NCBI GenBank assembly: GCA_024642625.1
Contig: JAHEAU010000001.1
Location: 61 to 64,060 of the forward strand
Reading direction: 5' to 3'
DNA: 64,000 bases
From: Lewinellaceae bacterium
GTDB taxonomy: Bacteria; Bacteroidota; Bacteroidia; Chitinophagales; Saprospiraceae
Below are positions 1 to 9,800 of this stretch, in pieces. A program made the position numbers and the translations under genes. The notes under the pieces were generated by a model. It was given only the letters and a program-made list of their open reading frames with translations. It was not told the DNA's origin and made no database searches. Position 1 is the stretch's first letter. Each line of letters begins with the position of its first letter.

Positions 1-1
1 T

Positions 2-187
2 GCAATCGGTTTTATCATGTTCATTCTTGGATTTCTTTCTATCGTACTGAGTATGGTTGGTGTTCAGCTTCAATTTATGATATGGTTGGACCATTTTGGC
101 CGTGGTTGGGGGTTTCTGGTTCGGTTGATCTTGATGATGGCAGGTATTCTCATGGTCATCGGCGATCGATCTACACATTTGGATTAA
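2..187 (+). CDS. 3' end of a membrane protein gene (partial, runs off the window start)
   Basis: The frame is open from base 2 to the TAA at 185-187. The translation AIGFIMFILGFLSIVLSMVGVQLQFMIWLDHFGRGWGFLVRLILMMAGILMVIGDRSTHLD forms two hydrophobic helices. It is absent from the ORF track because it is truncated. Confidence 0.4.
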   Translation, partial: AIGFIMFILGFLSIVLSMVGVQLQFMIWLDHFGRGWGFLVRLILMMAGILMVIGDRSTHLD

Positions 188-239
188 CCTTCTCTGGCGT
201 CATAGTTCACTTATCCATAGATTCAGTTATTTTCGAACT

Positions 240-731
240 ATGAAGATTATCGTTTTCCCTGGATCATTTGATCCAATCACTACAGGACATGTAGATATTG
301 TTGAACGAGCACTCCCCCTTTTTGACAAGATCATTATAGGTGTCGGTGTCAACTCACAAAAAAAGACTCTTTTTGACTTAGATCAGCGTATTCATTGGTT
401 GAGAGAAGTATTCAAGGACCAACCCAAAGTTGAGATTGCAAGTTTTGAAAACTTAACGGCTCATTTTTGTAAGCATGTGGGTGCGTCTTATCTTCTGAGA
501 GGTTTGCGGAACGCTTCAGATTTTGATTATGAAAAGACAATTTCGCAATTGAACAGCATTGTTGGAGAGGGATTAGATACAGTTTTCCTCATTAGTCGAC
601 CTGAATTCTCCCACATCTCGTCTACTATTGTCCGTGAGATCATTAAAGGAGGTGGAGATGCCACGCCATTTATTCCACAGGCCTTACATATTCCAGTAAA
701 AACCTACGTTGAAATCAACCATATCAAGTAG
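240..731 (+). CDS. coaD: phosphopantetheine adenylyltransferase
   Basis: 163-aa ORF with the nucleotidyltransferase motif FPGSFDPITTGHVDIV near the N-terminus. Length and overall sequence are typical of CoaD. Confidence 0.95.
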   Translation: MKIIVFPGSFDPITTGHVDIVERALPLFDKIIIGVGVNSQKKTLFDLDQRIHWLREVFKDQPKVEIASFENLTAHFCKHVGASYLLRGLRNASDFDYEKTISQLNSIVGEGLDTVFLISRPEFSHISSTIVREIIKGGGDATPFIPQALHIPVKTYVEINHIK

Positions 732-801
732 GTATTTGTTGAATTAGTAAATTCCTTTGTGGATTCGGCATGGTTTTTCTTGATGCCCTTCCCCTCTTTG
801 C

Positions 802-809
802 TACCTTTG
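802..809 (+). promoter_or_regulatory. candidate Bacteroidota -7 promoter box (TAnnTTTG) for pruA
   Basis: TACCTTTG lies 18 nt upstream of the ATG at 828, with a TTG at 780-782 giving a 19-nt spacer. The same box recurs upstream of other starts in this window. Confidence 0.4.
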
Positions 810-827
810 CGCAAAATTTAATCGATC

Positions 828-2456
828 ATGTCGAATGCATTTTATCAGGTTCCTCCTGCGGTTAATGAACCGATTCGCTCATACATTCCGGGTTCCGCAG
901 AACGTGAATCTCTTGTTGCCACACTCAACCAACTAAAAGCTGTTCAAGCAGATATCCCGATGATTATTGACGGGAAGGAGGTTCGTACAAGCAAAACAAA
1001 GACGATGCACCCACCCCATGAGCGTGCTCATACGTTGGGTGTATTTCACAAAGGCGAAGCACAACATGTGACCCAAGCCATTGAAGCCGCAATGGCGGCT
1101 AAGGCTGCGTGGGAGAAGATGGACTGGCATGATCGGGCAGCTATTTTCCTGAAAGCAGCTGATCTTTTGGCAGGGCCTTACCGCGATAAAATGAATGCAG
1201 CGACGATGCTTTGTCAGTCAAAGAATGTCTACCAGGCAGAAATCGATGCTGTTGCAGAACTATGTGACTTTTTCCGATTCAATGTTGAATACATGACGGA
1301 AATGTACATGCAACAACCATTGAGCCCACCGACAATCTGGAATCGGCTTGAATACCGCCCACTTGAAGGATTTGTCTTTGCATTGACTCCTTTCAATTTT
1401 ACATCCATCGCGGGTAACTTGCCTTCAGCTCCCGCGCTTATGGGAAATACTGTGGTATGGAAAGTTGCAGAAACTCAAATCTATTCAGCAGCTGTAGTGA
1501 TGGAAATTCTGATGGAAGCAGGGCTTCCAGCAGGAGTTATCAATCTGGTTTTTGTTGACGGACCTGTAGCTGGCGATGTTATTTTCTCACATCCTGATTT
1601 TGCTGGATTGCATTTTACGGGAAGTACCGGGGTCTTTCAAAAGATGTGGAATATTATTGGCAACAATATTCAGAAGTACCACTCTTACCCACGTATTGTT
1701 GGGGAGACAGGAGGTAAGGACTTCGTGGTAGCGCATAGTAGTGCTGACCCAAAAGCTGTGGCTACTGGATTGTCACGAGGTGCGTTTGAATTTCAAGGCC
1801 AAAAGTGTTCAGCCGCTTCAAGGGCATATATTGCTCGCAGTCTATGGCAAGAAGTGAAGGGCTATCTGGTAGAGGATGTGCAATCTTTCAAAATGGGTTC
1901 CCCTGAAGATTTTGGCAATTTTGTGAATGCCGTGATTGATGAAAAATCATTTGACAAAATCTCTGCCTATATCACTGAAGCCAAATCAGCGAAAGGTGTG
2001 GAGGTGTTGACAGGAGGTGGTTTTGACAAATCGACTGGTTATTTCATTGAACCTACAGTGTTGGTTGTCGATGATCCCAAATATGTCACAATGTGCGAAG
2101 AGATCTTCGGTCCAGTCTTGACGATCTATGTTTATGATGATAAGAACTATGAGCAAATGTTGCATCAATTGGACCAGACATCACCCTATGCGTTGACAGG
2201 AGCCATCTTCGCAAAAGACAGACAGGTTATTCGGCAGACAACCGAAGCCTTGGCGCATAATGCGGGTAATTTTTATATCAATGACAAACCAACCGGTGCA
2301 GTCGTTGGGCAACAACCTTTTGGTGGTGCAAGAGGAAGTGGAACCAATGACAAAGCCGGATCGATTATGAACTTGTATCGATGGGTCTCTGCACGCACGA
2401 TAAAAGAAACTTTTGTCTCAGCAACTGACTACCGATATCCATTCCTTGGTGAATAA
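828..2456 (+). CDS. pruA: L-glutamate gamma-semialdehyde (1-pyrroline-5-carboxylate) dehydrogenase
   Basis: 542-aa aldehyde dehydrogenase fold with catalytic motifs VGETGGKD and FEFQGQKCSAASR. Length and sequence are typical of stand-alone P5C dehydrogenase. Confidence 0.9.
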   Translation: MSNAFYQVPPAVNEPIRSYIPGSAERESLVATLNQLKAVQADIPMIIDGKEVRTSKTKTMHPPHERAHTLGVFHKGEAQHVTQAIEAAMAAKAAWEKMDWHDRAAIFLKAADLLAGPYRDKMNAATMLCQSKNVYQAEIDAVAELCDFFRFNVEYMTEMYMQQPLSPPTIWNRLEYRPLEGFVFALTPFNFTSIAGNLPSAPALMGNTVVWKVAETQIYSAAVVMEILMEAGLPAGVINLVFVDGPVAGDVIFSHPDFAGLHFTGSTGVFQKMWNIIGNNIQKYHSYPRIVGETGGKDFVVAHSSADPKAVATGLSRGAFEFQGQKCSAASRAYIARSLWQEVKGYLVEDVQSFKMGSPEDFGNFVNAVIDEKSFDKISAYITEAKSAKGVEVLTGGGFDKSTGYFIEPTVLVVDDPKYVTMCEEIFGPVLTIYVYDDKNYEQMLHQLDQTSPYALTGAIFAKDRQVIRQTTEALAHNAGNFYINDKPTGAVVGQQPFGGARGSGTNDKAGSIMNLYRWVSARTIKETFVSATDYRYPFLGE

Positions 2457-2507
2457 ATACTGTGAATAGGGTTCAACTCTATTGTCGGACAAGATTTACA
2501 TATAAAA

Positions 2508-2540
2508 GGGCCTGTATCACTGATACAGGCCCTTACTATT
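2508..2540 (+). terminator. rho-independent-type hairpin after pruA
   Basis: Perfect 10-bp stem GGGCCTGTAT / ATACAGGCCC with a 5-nt loop. It is followed by a weak T-rich tract (TTACTATTT). Confidence 0.5.
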
Positions 2541-2560
2541 TGGGGGAAAGAATAAGTTTG

Positions 2561-2604
2561 AAAAAAAAGAGCCTGCTAGCAGTCCGTCTTTTGCCGCAGG
2601 CCCT
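2561..2604 (-). terminator. rho-independent-type terminator after the 830-aa T9SS cargo gene
   Basis: On the minus strand, AGGGCCTGC ... GCAGGCTCT forms a stem with one mismatch. It is followed by T8 (the A8 run at 2561-2568 on the plus strand). Confidence 0.45.
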
Positions 2605-2636
2605 TAAATATATGGAATTAGAATTCCCGAATTGGT

Positions 2637-5129
2637 TTACCGGATGACCTCGACCTTCGTGCTGAGGATCTCATTTTCCGTTCTGATTTGAGCAAAATAC
2701 AATCCATTATCCAGTTGGTGAACCGGTAATTCAACGCGTGGGCTACCAAGGATTTGACCTGTCTGGTAGACAATAGAGCCACTTGTTGTAAAGAGTTTAA
2801 TTTCCTGAATCAAGCTGCCATCATTCATATAAATGGCTGCACGATTTGTAGCAGGATTTGGTGCAACAGTTAATTTCTCAGCTGTATTGGGAACGAGTGC
2901 TTCTCCATCACCTAGTCTAACATTGACGATTTGATCAGGATATTGGGTTATTTGACCATCGGCAGAAGATTGAGTAATGTTGCGGATTGTTACCTGACCG
3001 GCTTTTATGGCTGCGCGTAAGTCTCTTTCCGGTTTCAGCCCTTCAACATCTTCTACGATCACAAAGCCAACAGGACCATGACCAGTTTCGCCGATACCAT
3101 CTGTTTTGGTATATGCACAATGGATAATTGACCCATTCAGTCGTTTGAAGAGTTCAAGTGTAGGCACTTGACGAGACAACCAACTATCATTATAATAGAC
3201 AGAACGGATGTTCTTGTCGGAGACATCGAGAAAATCACCAAAATCAATTTCATAAGAAAAACCATATGCATCATATGCTGGCTTGCTTGCTAAGCCCAGA
3301 TAAATATCCAGAATCAAATGAACAGAGTCAGCATAGAGTGCTGTATCTCTCAGGACAAAACGCAGATCAGCATCTACATTGAGTTGGTGCTCAATTGAGG
3401 TCGTAACTGCATGAGTGTTTTGGTATGATTCACTGATTGCTGCCGTATCCAAGGCGCTAATCACCCCATCGCCGTTGCTGTCCATGAACTTCAAATCAAT
3501 TTGAGATGAAACCCAGGGATCATTCCAATCGTCACTGAATTGGGGTGACCAATCAGCATTTGGGTTATCTCTTTCCAGGCCCAATTTACCCATGCAGATT
3601 CCAAGTGGCAGGAGATCGCGGACATTAACAATACCATCATTATTTGCATCTCCGGCCCAAACACAATCGTCCAGACATTGGAGGTCGTTTGGTACAGGGT
3701 TGGGGAAAACATCTATATGGAATTTGACTTCCTTGCAGATACCATTGACGCAATAATCGAGTTCGAATTCATCAAAGTCGTCGGAGAAACCAGCGTCAGG
3801 AGTATAGACCAATAGATTATACCCTGTGATATTCTGTGCTTCGAGATTCAGAGTTTGCTGTCCGTTGAACACTTCTGCATTGCCATTTAACGGAGCGCTC
3901 GTGATATCGAACGTCCATGGTTCAACAGGGGGGGCATAACGGATAACCAGCGGTTTACCTTCCAATGTTTGGAGGTAATACGTTGCCAGTTTTGGTTTGA
4001 AATCAGAGATGTTAATCTCTACTTTTCCAGTTTCGATAATAATGCCATAAGCAGGGGAACCAAGTTTATAATTGAACGAAACGGTTCCTTCAAAATAGGA
4101 AGGTGGTGTATAGGTAAACTGACCATTTCCATTATAAACAAGTGTGCCAATATTGACTTGGATGTATTGGGGATAAAGCACTGTATATGCACCAATGTCA
4201 TTAGTCAATACATTAAACGAAACGGGTTCGCCTTTATGGGTATAGATCTCATCATCAATTGCATGTCGTTTTGGTTCTAGTGCATTGAATACAGAAATCT
4301 CTACAGTTCGTGAATAGGTGGTTCCATTTTCGTCTCTGGAAACGGTAAAGTGATCGTTTCCGGTATAATTCTGATTCGGGGTGTAACTGAGGACGTCTGT
4401 TGTTACATCTGCAACGTCCCCGTTCACTGGTGCATCGACCAGTACATCGTAACCGTTGAGCTGTAACATGATATCCTTGGAGGAATTGATGGGCAGTTGA
4501 ATCTGAATCGTATCGTTGACTGTTAAGTTGACAGGTAATACGTGAATATTGACTATGGCTGTTGCACAGATATTTTCGCTATCACAACATGTATAACTGA
4601 TTTGGGCAAGCCCAGTAAATCCAGTTTCTGGGATGAAGTCAATTTGACCATTTGATACTGTGGCGGTGCCATATCGTTGGACGTTGATGTTACTGATTGT
4701 CAATCCACCGGCGTCGGATTCATCATTATCCAATACATCAATTGTAATCGGAGTATTGATGTCTGTGGTCACAAAGTCATTTTGCGCTGAAACAATAGAG
4801 GGAGCCACAAGAAAGGCAAAGCCCATATATTCTTGTGAACTATTCAGTTTCGGGTAGTATTCGATAATCAAGGAATCACGTCCAATAAAGGAATTGACCG
4901 GGCTATAGACGATTTTCTTTAATCCTCCTGAAAGATTAATGATTTCGTAATAGTCTGAATGGTCTGGACTCTTGACTATTGTAGCCAAGTTGTGAGAAAC
5001 AAAGGTAAAACTGAACGTGTCGGTTTGTAAAACCTGTTCCGGTCGGAACGGTTCAACCTTTTGCGCCCATCCCCAGAGGGGGATCAGGAGGAGCGCCAGC
5101 AGGCTGGTACGGGTTAATGATACATTCAT
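2637..5129 (-). CDS. secreted multi-domain protein: cadherin/Ig-like repeats, dockerin-like and cohesin-like modules, T9SS C-terminal sorting domain
   Basis: 830 aa with a signal peptide (LLALLLIPLWGWAQ). It has repeated segments with V(L)xND motifs (ITIDVLDNDES, VSFNVLTNDIG) and two EF-hand-like repeats, DANNDGIVNVRD and DSNGDGVISALD. The beta-rich C-terminal tail (LTVAPNPATNRAAIYM...LYFAQIRTENEILSTKVEVIR) is typical of T9SS cargo. Confidence 0.8.
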   Translation of the reverse strand: MNVSLTRTSLLALLLIPLWGWAQKVEPFRPEQVLQTDTFSFTFVSHNLATIVKSPDHSDYYEIINLSGGLKKIVYSPVNSFIGRDSLIIEYYPKLNSSQEYMGFAFLVAPSIVSAQNDFVTTDINTPITIDVLDNDESDAGGLTISNINVQRYGTATVSNGQIDFIPETGFTGLAQISYTCCDSENICATAIVNIHVLPVNLTVNDTIQIQLPINSSKDIMLQLNGYDVLVDAPVNGDVADVTTDVLSYTPNQNYTGNDHFTVSRDENGTTYSRTVEISVFNALEPKRHAIDDEIYTHKGEPVSFNVLTNDIGAYTVLYPQYIQVNIGTLVYNGNGQFTYTPPSYFEGTVSFNYKLGSPAYGIIIETGKVEINISDFKPKLATYYLQTLEGKPLVIRYAPPVEPWTFDITSAPLNGNAEVFNGQQTLNLEAQNITGYNLLVYTPDAGFSDDFDEFELDYCVNGICKEVKFHIDVFPNPVPNDLQCLDDCVWAGDANNDGIVNVRDLLPLGICMGKLGLERDNPNADWSPQFSDDWNDPWVSSQIDLKFMDSNGDGVISALDTAAISESYQNTHAVTTSIEHQLNVDADLRFVLRDTALYADSVHLILDIYLGLASKPAYDAYGFSYEIDFGDFLDVSDKNIRSVYYNDSWLSRQVPTLELFKRLNGSIIHCAYTKTDGIGETGHGPVGFVIVEDVEGLKPERDLRAAIKAGQVTIRNITQSSADGQITQYPDQIVNVRLGDGEALVPNTAEKLTVAPNPATNRAAIYMNDGSLIQEIKLFTTSGSIVYQTGQILGSPRVELPVHQLDNGLYFAQIRTENEILSTKVEVIR

Positions 5130-5240
5130 GGTGACGGACTAGAAGTTATTGGGATTCTTTTAACAATATACAAGTTTATCGCCTTCACAACCTCGTTTCA
5201 AGAACGGATAATTCACATTGTGAAAGTGAAAACATATTTG

Positions 5241-5248
5241 TATTTTTG
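5241..5248 (+). promoter_or_regulatory. candidate -7 promoter box (TAnnTTTG) in the divergent intergenic region
   Basis: TATTTTTG lies about 140 nt upstream of the ATG at 5389. A nearby near-palindrome TTCACattGTGAA (about 5212-5224) could be an operator. This is speculative. Confidence 0.2.
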
Positions 5249-5388
5249 TCAATGAACTCATTTCGAGTGAATTAAGTATGCCTGTTAAACCCTTGATTGT
5301 GAAAAGATTCATCCCGAATCTTGCACATTATCGTCAGTAATTAAACAGGAATACGTGTTCTTCACAGAAATGGTTACACGGAAACCCA

Positions 5389-6813
5389 ATGCAAAATACA
5401 AAAGTTTTTACCATTCTACAGTACTTCACGAAGTATGAGCTGAATAGTTTGAAGAAATTTGTTCAGTCTCCATACTTCAATGTGAACGAAGATCTGATGC
5501 GGTTGTATGACCTCTACCTTGAATTATTGGAAAAACAAGGTGGAGAACAACCAAAGGAAGATGCCTGGCGATATATAGTGGGTGATGATCGTACTTATGA
5601 TGATGTCCGTTTTCGTAAGTACAATAGTGATCTATTGAAATTGGTTGAGGGTTATCTCGCCCAAAAGGTATACGAGGAGAATCCCATTCGGGAGGCTAAT
5701 CACTTGATTGAAGCTGTAAGTCGACGACGCATGTTGAAGCTGTACAACACAGTGATGAGTTCCGCTCGTCGATTGTCGGATAGGCAGCACTACAAATCAG
5801 CCCAATACTATTATTATCAATACCAGATTGAAAAGAATTACTATGAAATTCTGATTCACGGTCAAAAGCGGCTGGACAAGACAAATGTGGAATACATCGT
5901 AGAGAATCTTGACCGATTTTACCTGGCCGAAAAACTGCGGTATTACTGTTCGGTGTTATCGATGAAGTATACCCACAGTCATGAATACAAGTTGTTGTTT
6001 CTGGAAGAGATTGTTCGTCATGTGGAGCAATATGGGTACGGAGATATTCCCGCAATATCTATCTTCTATCAGATTTATCTAACGAATATTGAGCCAGATG
6101 AGACACCTCACTTTGAGGCTTTAAAAGAATTGATTGATCAACATATCTCCTTGTTTCCCAATGATGAAGCTTTGGAGATTTTAACCTATGCTTTAAACTA
6201 TTGTATTCGAAATATTAACCAAAGCAGGCCGGAGTTTCTGTCCGAGTATTTCCATTTATACCAGCAGGCGTTGGATAATGATTTGATTGACTTCACTGAC
6301 GAGGAATTTGGCCCTTGGCATTTCAAAAACATCGTCACAATTGCACTTCGACTGGAAAAATATACCTGGACGGAGAAATTTATTTATAAATACCATCAGT
6401 TGCTTCCGGAGACATTCAGGAATAATGCCCATTCCTTCAGTCTGGCTCAGGTCAACTATTATAAAGGCAATTTTGGAGAAGTGATCAGTCTGCTTCACCA
6501 AGTGGAATATGAGGATTTTACATATAATTTGAATTCAAAGGTGATTCTGCTCTTCTCCTATTACGAACTGGATGAGATCGAACCATTGTATTCCTTGATG
6601 GACAGTTTTAGGGTTTACCTCCAGAGGAACACAAAAATTTCAGCTACGAAGAAGCGCAACTATCTCAATCTTATCAAGTTTCTCAAAAAACTGACTAAAA
6701 TCCAGCCCGGGGAAAAAGCGGCCTTACTTAAGCTAGGTAAGGAGATGGACGAACAAAATGGTGCTATTGTTTCCGAATCCTGGTTACGTGCAAAAATGGA
6801 AGAGGCCATGTGA
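5389..6813 (+). CDS. hypothetical all-helical (TPR-like) protein
   Basis: 474-aa ORF with no signal peptide or TM segment. It is Tyr/Leu/Glu-rich with helical-repeat character and no catalytic motif that I recognise. Confidence 0.6.
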   Translation: MQNTKVFTILQYFTKYELNSLKKFVQSPYFNVNEDLMRLYDLYLELLEKQGGEQPKEDAWRYIVGDDRTYDDVRFRKYNSDLLKLVEGYLAQKVYEENPIREANHLIEAVSRRRMLKLYNTVMSSARRLSDRQHYKSAQYYYYQYQIEKNYYEILIHGQKRLDKTNVEYIVENLDRFYLAEKLRYYCSVLSMKYTHSHEYKLLFLEEIVRHVEQYGYGDIPAISIFYQIYLTNIEPDETPHFEALKELIDQHISLFPNDEALEILTYALNYCIRNINQSRPEFLSEYFHLYQQALDNDLIDFTDEEFGPWHFKNIVTIALRLEKYTWTEKFIYKYHQLLPETFRNNAHSFSLAQVNYYKGNFGEVISLLHQVEYEDFTYNLNSKVILLFSYYELDEIEPLYSLMDSFRVYLQRNTKISATKKRNYLNLIKFLKKLTKIQPGEKAALLKLGKEMDEQNGAIVSESWLRAKMEEAM

Positions 6814-6821
6814 AACAGAAC

Positions 6822-9800
6822 TTATTGCACTTGCTCCATTACGGCATTGTGCTCATAAGTCCTGAAGTCGACAGGGGTCACAGCCGAGATCCCTTGCTCC
6901 CGCATATAGACGCCGTAAAGGACATCTACTGAAGCCATTGTCAGCTTGTTGTGGGTCACAATGATAAACTGGGAATGGTTCGAAAATTTTTGGATAATCC
7001 GATTGAATTTTTCAATATTTGAATCATCCAGCGGCGCATCGACTTCATCAAAGATGCAGAATGGTGCTGGTTTCAACAGGTACAATGCAAAAAGTAAAGC
7101 TGTAGCAGTCAAAGTCTTTTCACCACCTGAAAGTTGATTGATCGACTGAGGTCGTTTCCCTTTTGGTTTTGCGATAATCTGAATATTCGAATCTAATGGC
7201 TTGTCAGGCTCATCAAGGATCAGATCAGCTGTGTCATCTTCAGTAAAGAGCGAACGGAAAACGTGGATGAAGTTTTCACGCACCTGTTCAAATGCTTCCA
7301 TGAATTGGGTGGTCGCAGTAGCTTCAATCTCTTCAATCGTCTGAAGCAGGGAACTTTTCGCTTTGAGAATATCCTGACGCTGTTGATCAATGGTATCATA
7401 CCGTTCTTTCATTTCTCGGTATGCCTCAACAGCCATAGGGTTGACTTCCCCGTAGTTTTCAAGTCTCGATTTCAAACGCGTGACCTGTTGTTCAAGGAGT
7501 GCTGGATCAAGGTCCGGGTTCGGTTCGCGCTGTATGATTTCCTGGATACTGGCTTGGAATTCAACTTTGATGCGCTCCCCTATGGAGGTGAGTTCCAGAC
7601 GGATATTGTTGAAATTGTCTTTCAGTTCATTGACCAGGATTTGTGCGTCGTGTCTATTTTTATTCAACTGGCGTAGCGCACTTTCCAATTCATTGATTTG
7701 GCCACGCGCCTGGAAGTAATCCTGTTCGGCGCCTGTCAAATTGGCTTCTCTTGTTTTTTTATCTTCATAACTGATAAGTAGCTGACTCTGGACCTGTTCA
7801 CGCTCTTCACTTACAGTCTGTCGTTCGATAACAGCATTGGCATCCGCTTCCTGATCAGATTGCAGACTTTTCTTCGCCTCTTGCATCTGTTGGTTACGAA
7901 ACTGGATCTCCTGTTCAAAAGCTTTGACCTTGTTTTGTAGCTGAATGAATCTGATATTGCGTTCATTGAACAACGATGAACGGGCGTTCAGGGCATCTGC
8001 AGCCTTGCGGAAAGATTGGTCAGTATCTTCCATTTGACTTCTAAAATCCGCTTCCTCTTTTCGACGAATTGTCAAATCAGCGACCATTGTTTCATTTCGT
8101 TCAGTCAGCCCTTTGATAATTTCTTCGGCCTGCTGAGAACGTCTAGAAATATCGGCATGATATTGTTCTGCGTTTTCCAACCGAGTCTTCAGGGTGATCA
8201 TTTTTTGCATCACTTGATTGAGACTGGCTTTTTCTTCCCGTATCCGAGCCGGTTGATTAGCTAATTTCAATTCTTTCACTTGCTCTTTCAGGGCCTGAAC
8301 AACTATGATCTTTTTTTCTTCTTCTTTCTCCAGTTTTCGGATTTGCCGATCCAGACTTTCCAGGTTCTTTTTTCGACCAAGCTTTTTTCCTTCAAACAAA
8401 CCAACAGAACCACCTGATAATGAATATGAACGGCGCGTCCAAGATCCACTGGCATCAAGGATGGTAATGTCAGGATCTAGTTCCCACGACTCGGGAATAT
8501 GTTCATCCTGACGTAAATACACTTGATGAAAAAGATAGTCGACTAGTGGCTTGTATGAGACTTCACATTCAACCAGATCAACCAAGCGAGTCAAACCAGC
8601 ACGTTCTGGAGTGACAAAGGGAGATGCTGCTATTGCTGAACTGATAAAAAAGTTGGCTTTTCCCTTTTGGTTTTGCTGGAGCAGACGAATTGCTGCATGA
8701 GCAGTCTGGAAGTCGGGAACGACGTAATAATTGAGATATTGATCCAGAAAATGTTCAATCGCAACTCGAAACGTTTCCTTGGACGTGATTACATCACTCA
8801 ACAAGGGGAATTGCTTTCCCCAATCGCTTTGTGCGCTTAAATACTTGATTGATTCCGGGAATCCTTCAAGATTTTCCACCATACTTTTTGTGAGTTTGTA
8901 CTCATTTCGCATGGCATCAAGCTGTCTATTGATTCCACTCAGTTCCTGATTTTCATGTTGGAGCTGTTCTTCACGTTGTTGAATCGTTGCTAATCGTTTG
9001 TCTTCTTCCTGCTCAAGAAACTGGACAGATTTCTGTAATCTGGCTTCTTCACCACTTACTTCTTCAACGGCCTCCTTGAGTGATTTTGACTCCCTTGTGC
9101 GTTGATCCAGAACTAAGGCATTTCGGTCGATCTCATTTTTGAGGTTTTCAATCTGGTTAAGATTGATGGCCTTTTGTTTCTCAAGCTCGTAGATGCCTTT
9201 TTCTAATTCTTGAAGCTGCTGTAGGTAAAGATCCAGATCATCCTTGATTGATGAATGTTCCTGGCGGGTTACACCAAGATCTTGTTCAGCTTCCCGAAGA
9301 GCCAACTCTCCCTGAGATTGCTCGTCCTGGGATTGGTTTAGATTCGTTTGATAGTAAAAGACATCTTTCTCAAGTTGTTCGATACGGCCTGTGTTAAACC
9401 GCATCCGCTCTTGTAATTTCGACCGATTTTGATCAATGTAGTTGTTTCGTTGGCCAAGGATTTCCAACTGGTTTTCGAACGATCTGATTTTGTCACCGAC
9501 TTCGTTGAGTAATTTCTGACGTTCAGATAATGCTTTCTCCTTGTCGAGATTGAGCAACTTCTCTTGTTCTGTGCGGGCTTCAGCTTTTTGGATCTGGATT
9601 TCTAAATCACGCAAAAGGTCCTCTTCTTTTGCCAATCGGCTTTCAATTTGTTTGTATCTCGTTTTGAGATCATGAGTCTGAAAGACAGACCATTCAATAC
9701 TTAGTGCTCGATAATCAGCTTTGAGATCCAGATATTTTTGTGCCTTTTTGGCTTGTTTTTCAAGACTTTTCAGGTTGTGTTCAATCTCAAAAAGAAGGTC

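Noticed and set aside
2462-2647. 61-aa plus-strand ORF (GTG start) between pruA and the T9SS cargo gene.
   Set aside because: It spans two terminator hairpins and the A8 tract between convergent genes, so it is most likely non-coding.
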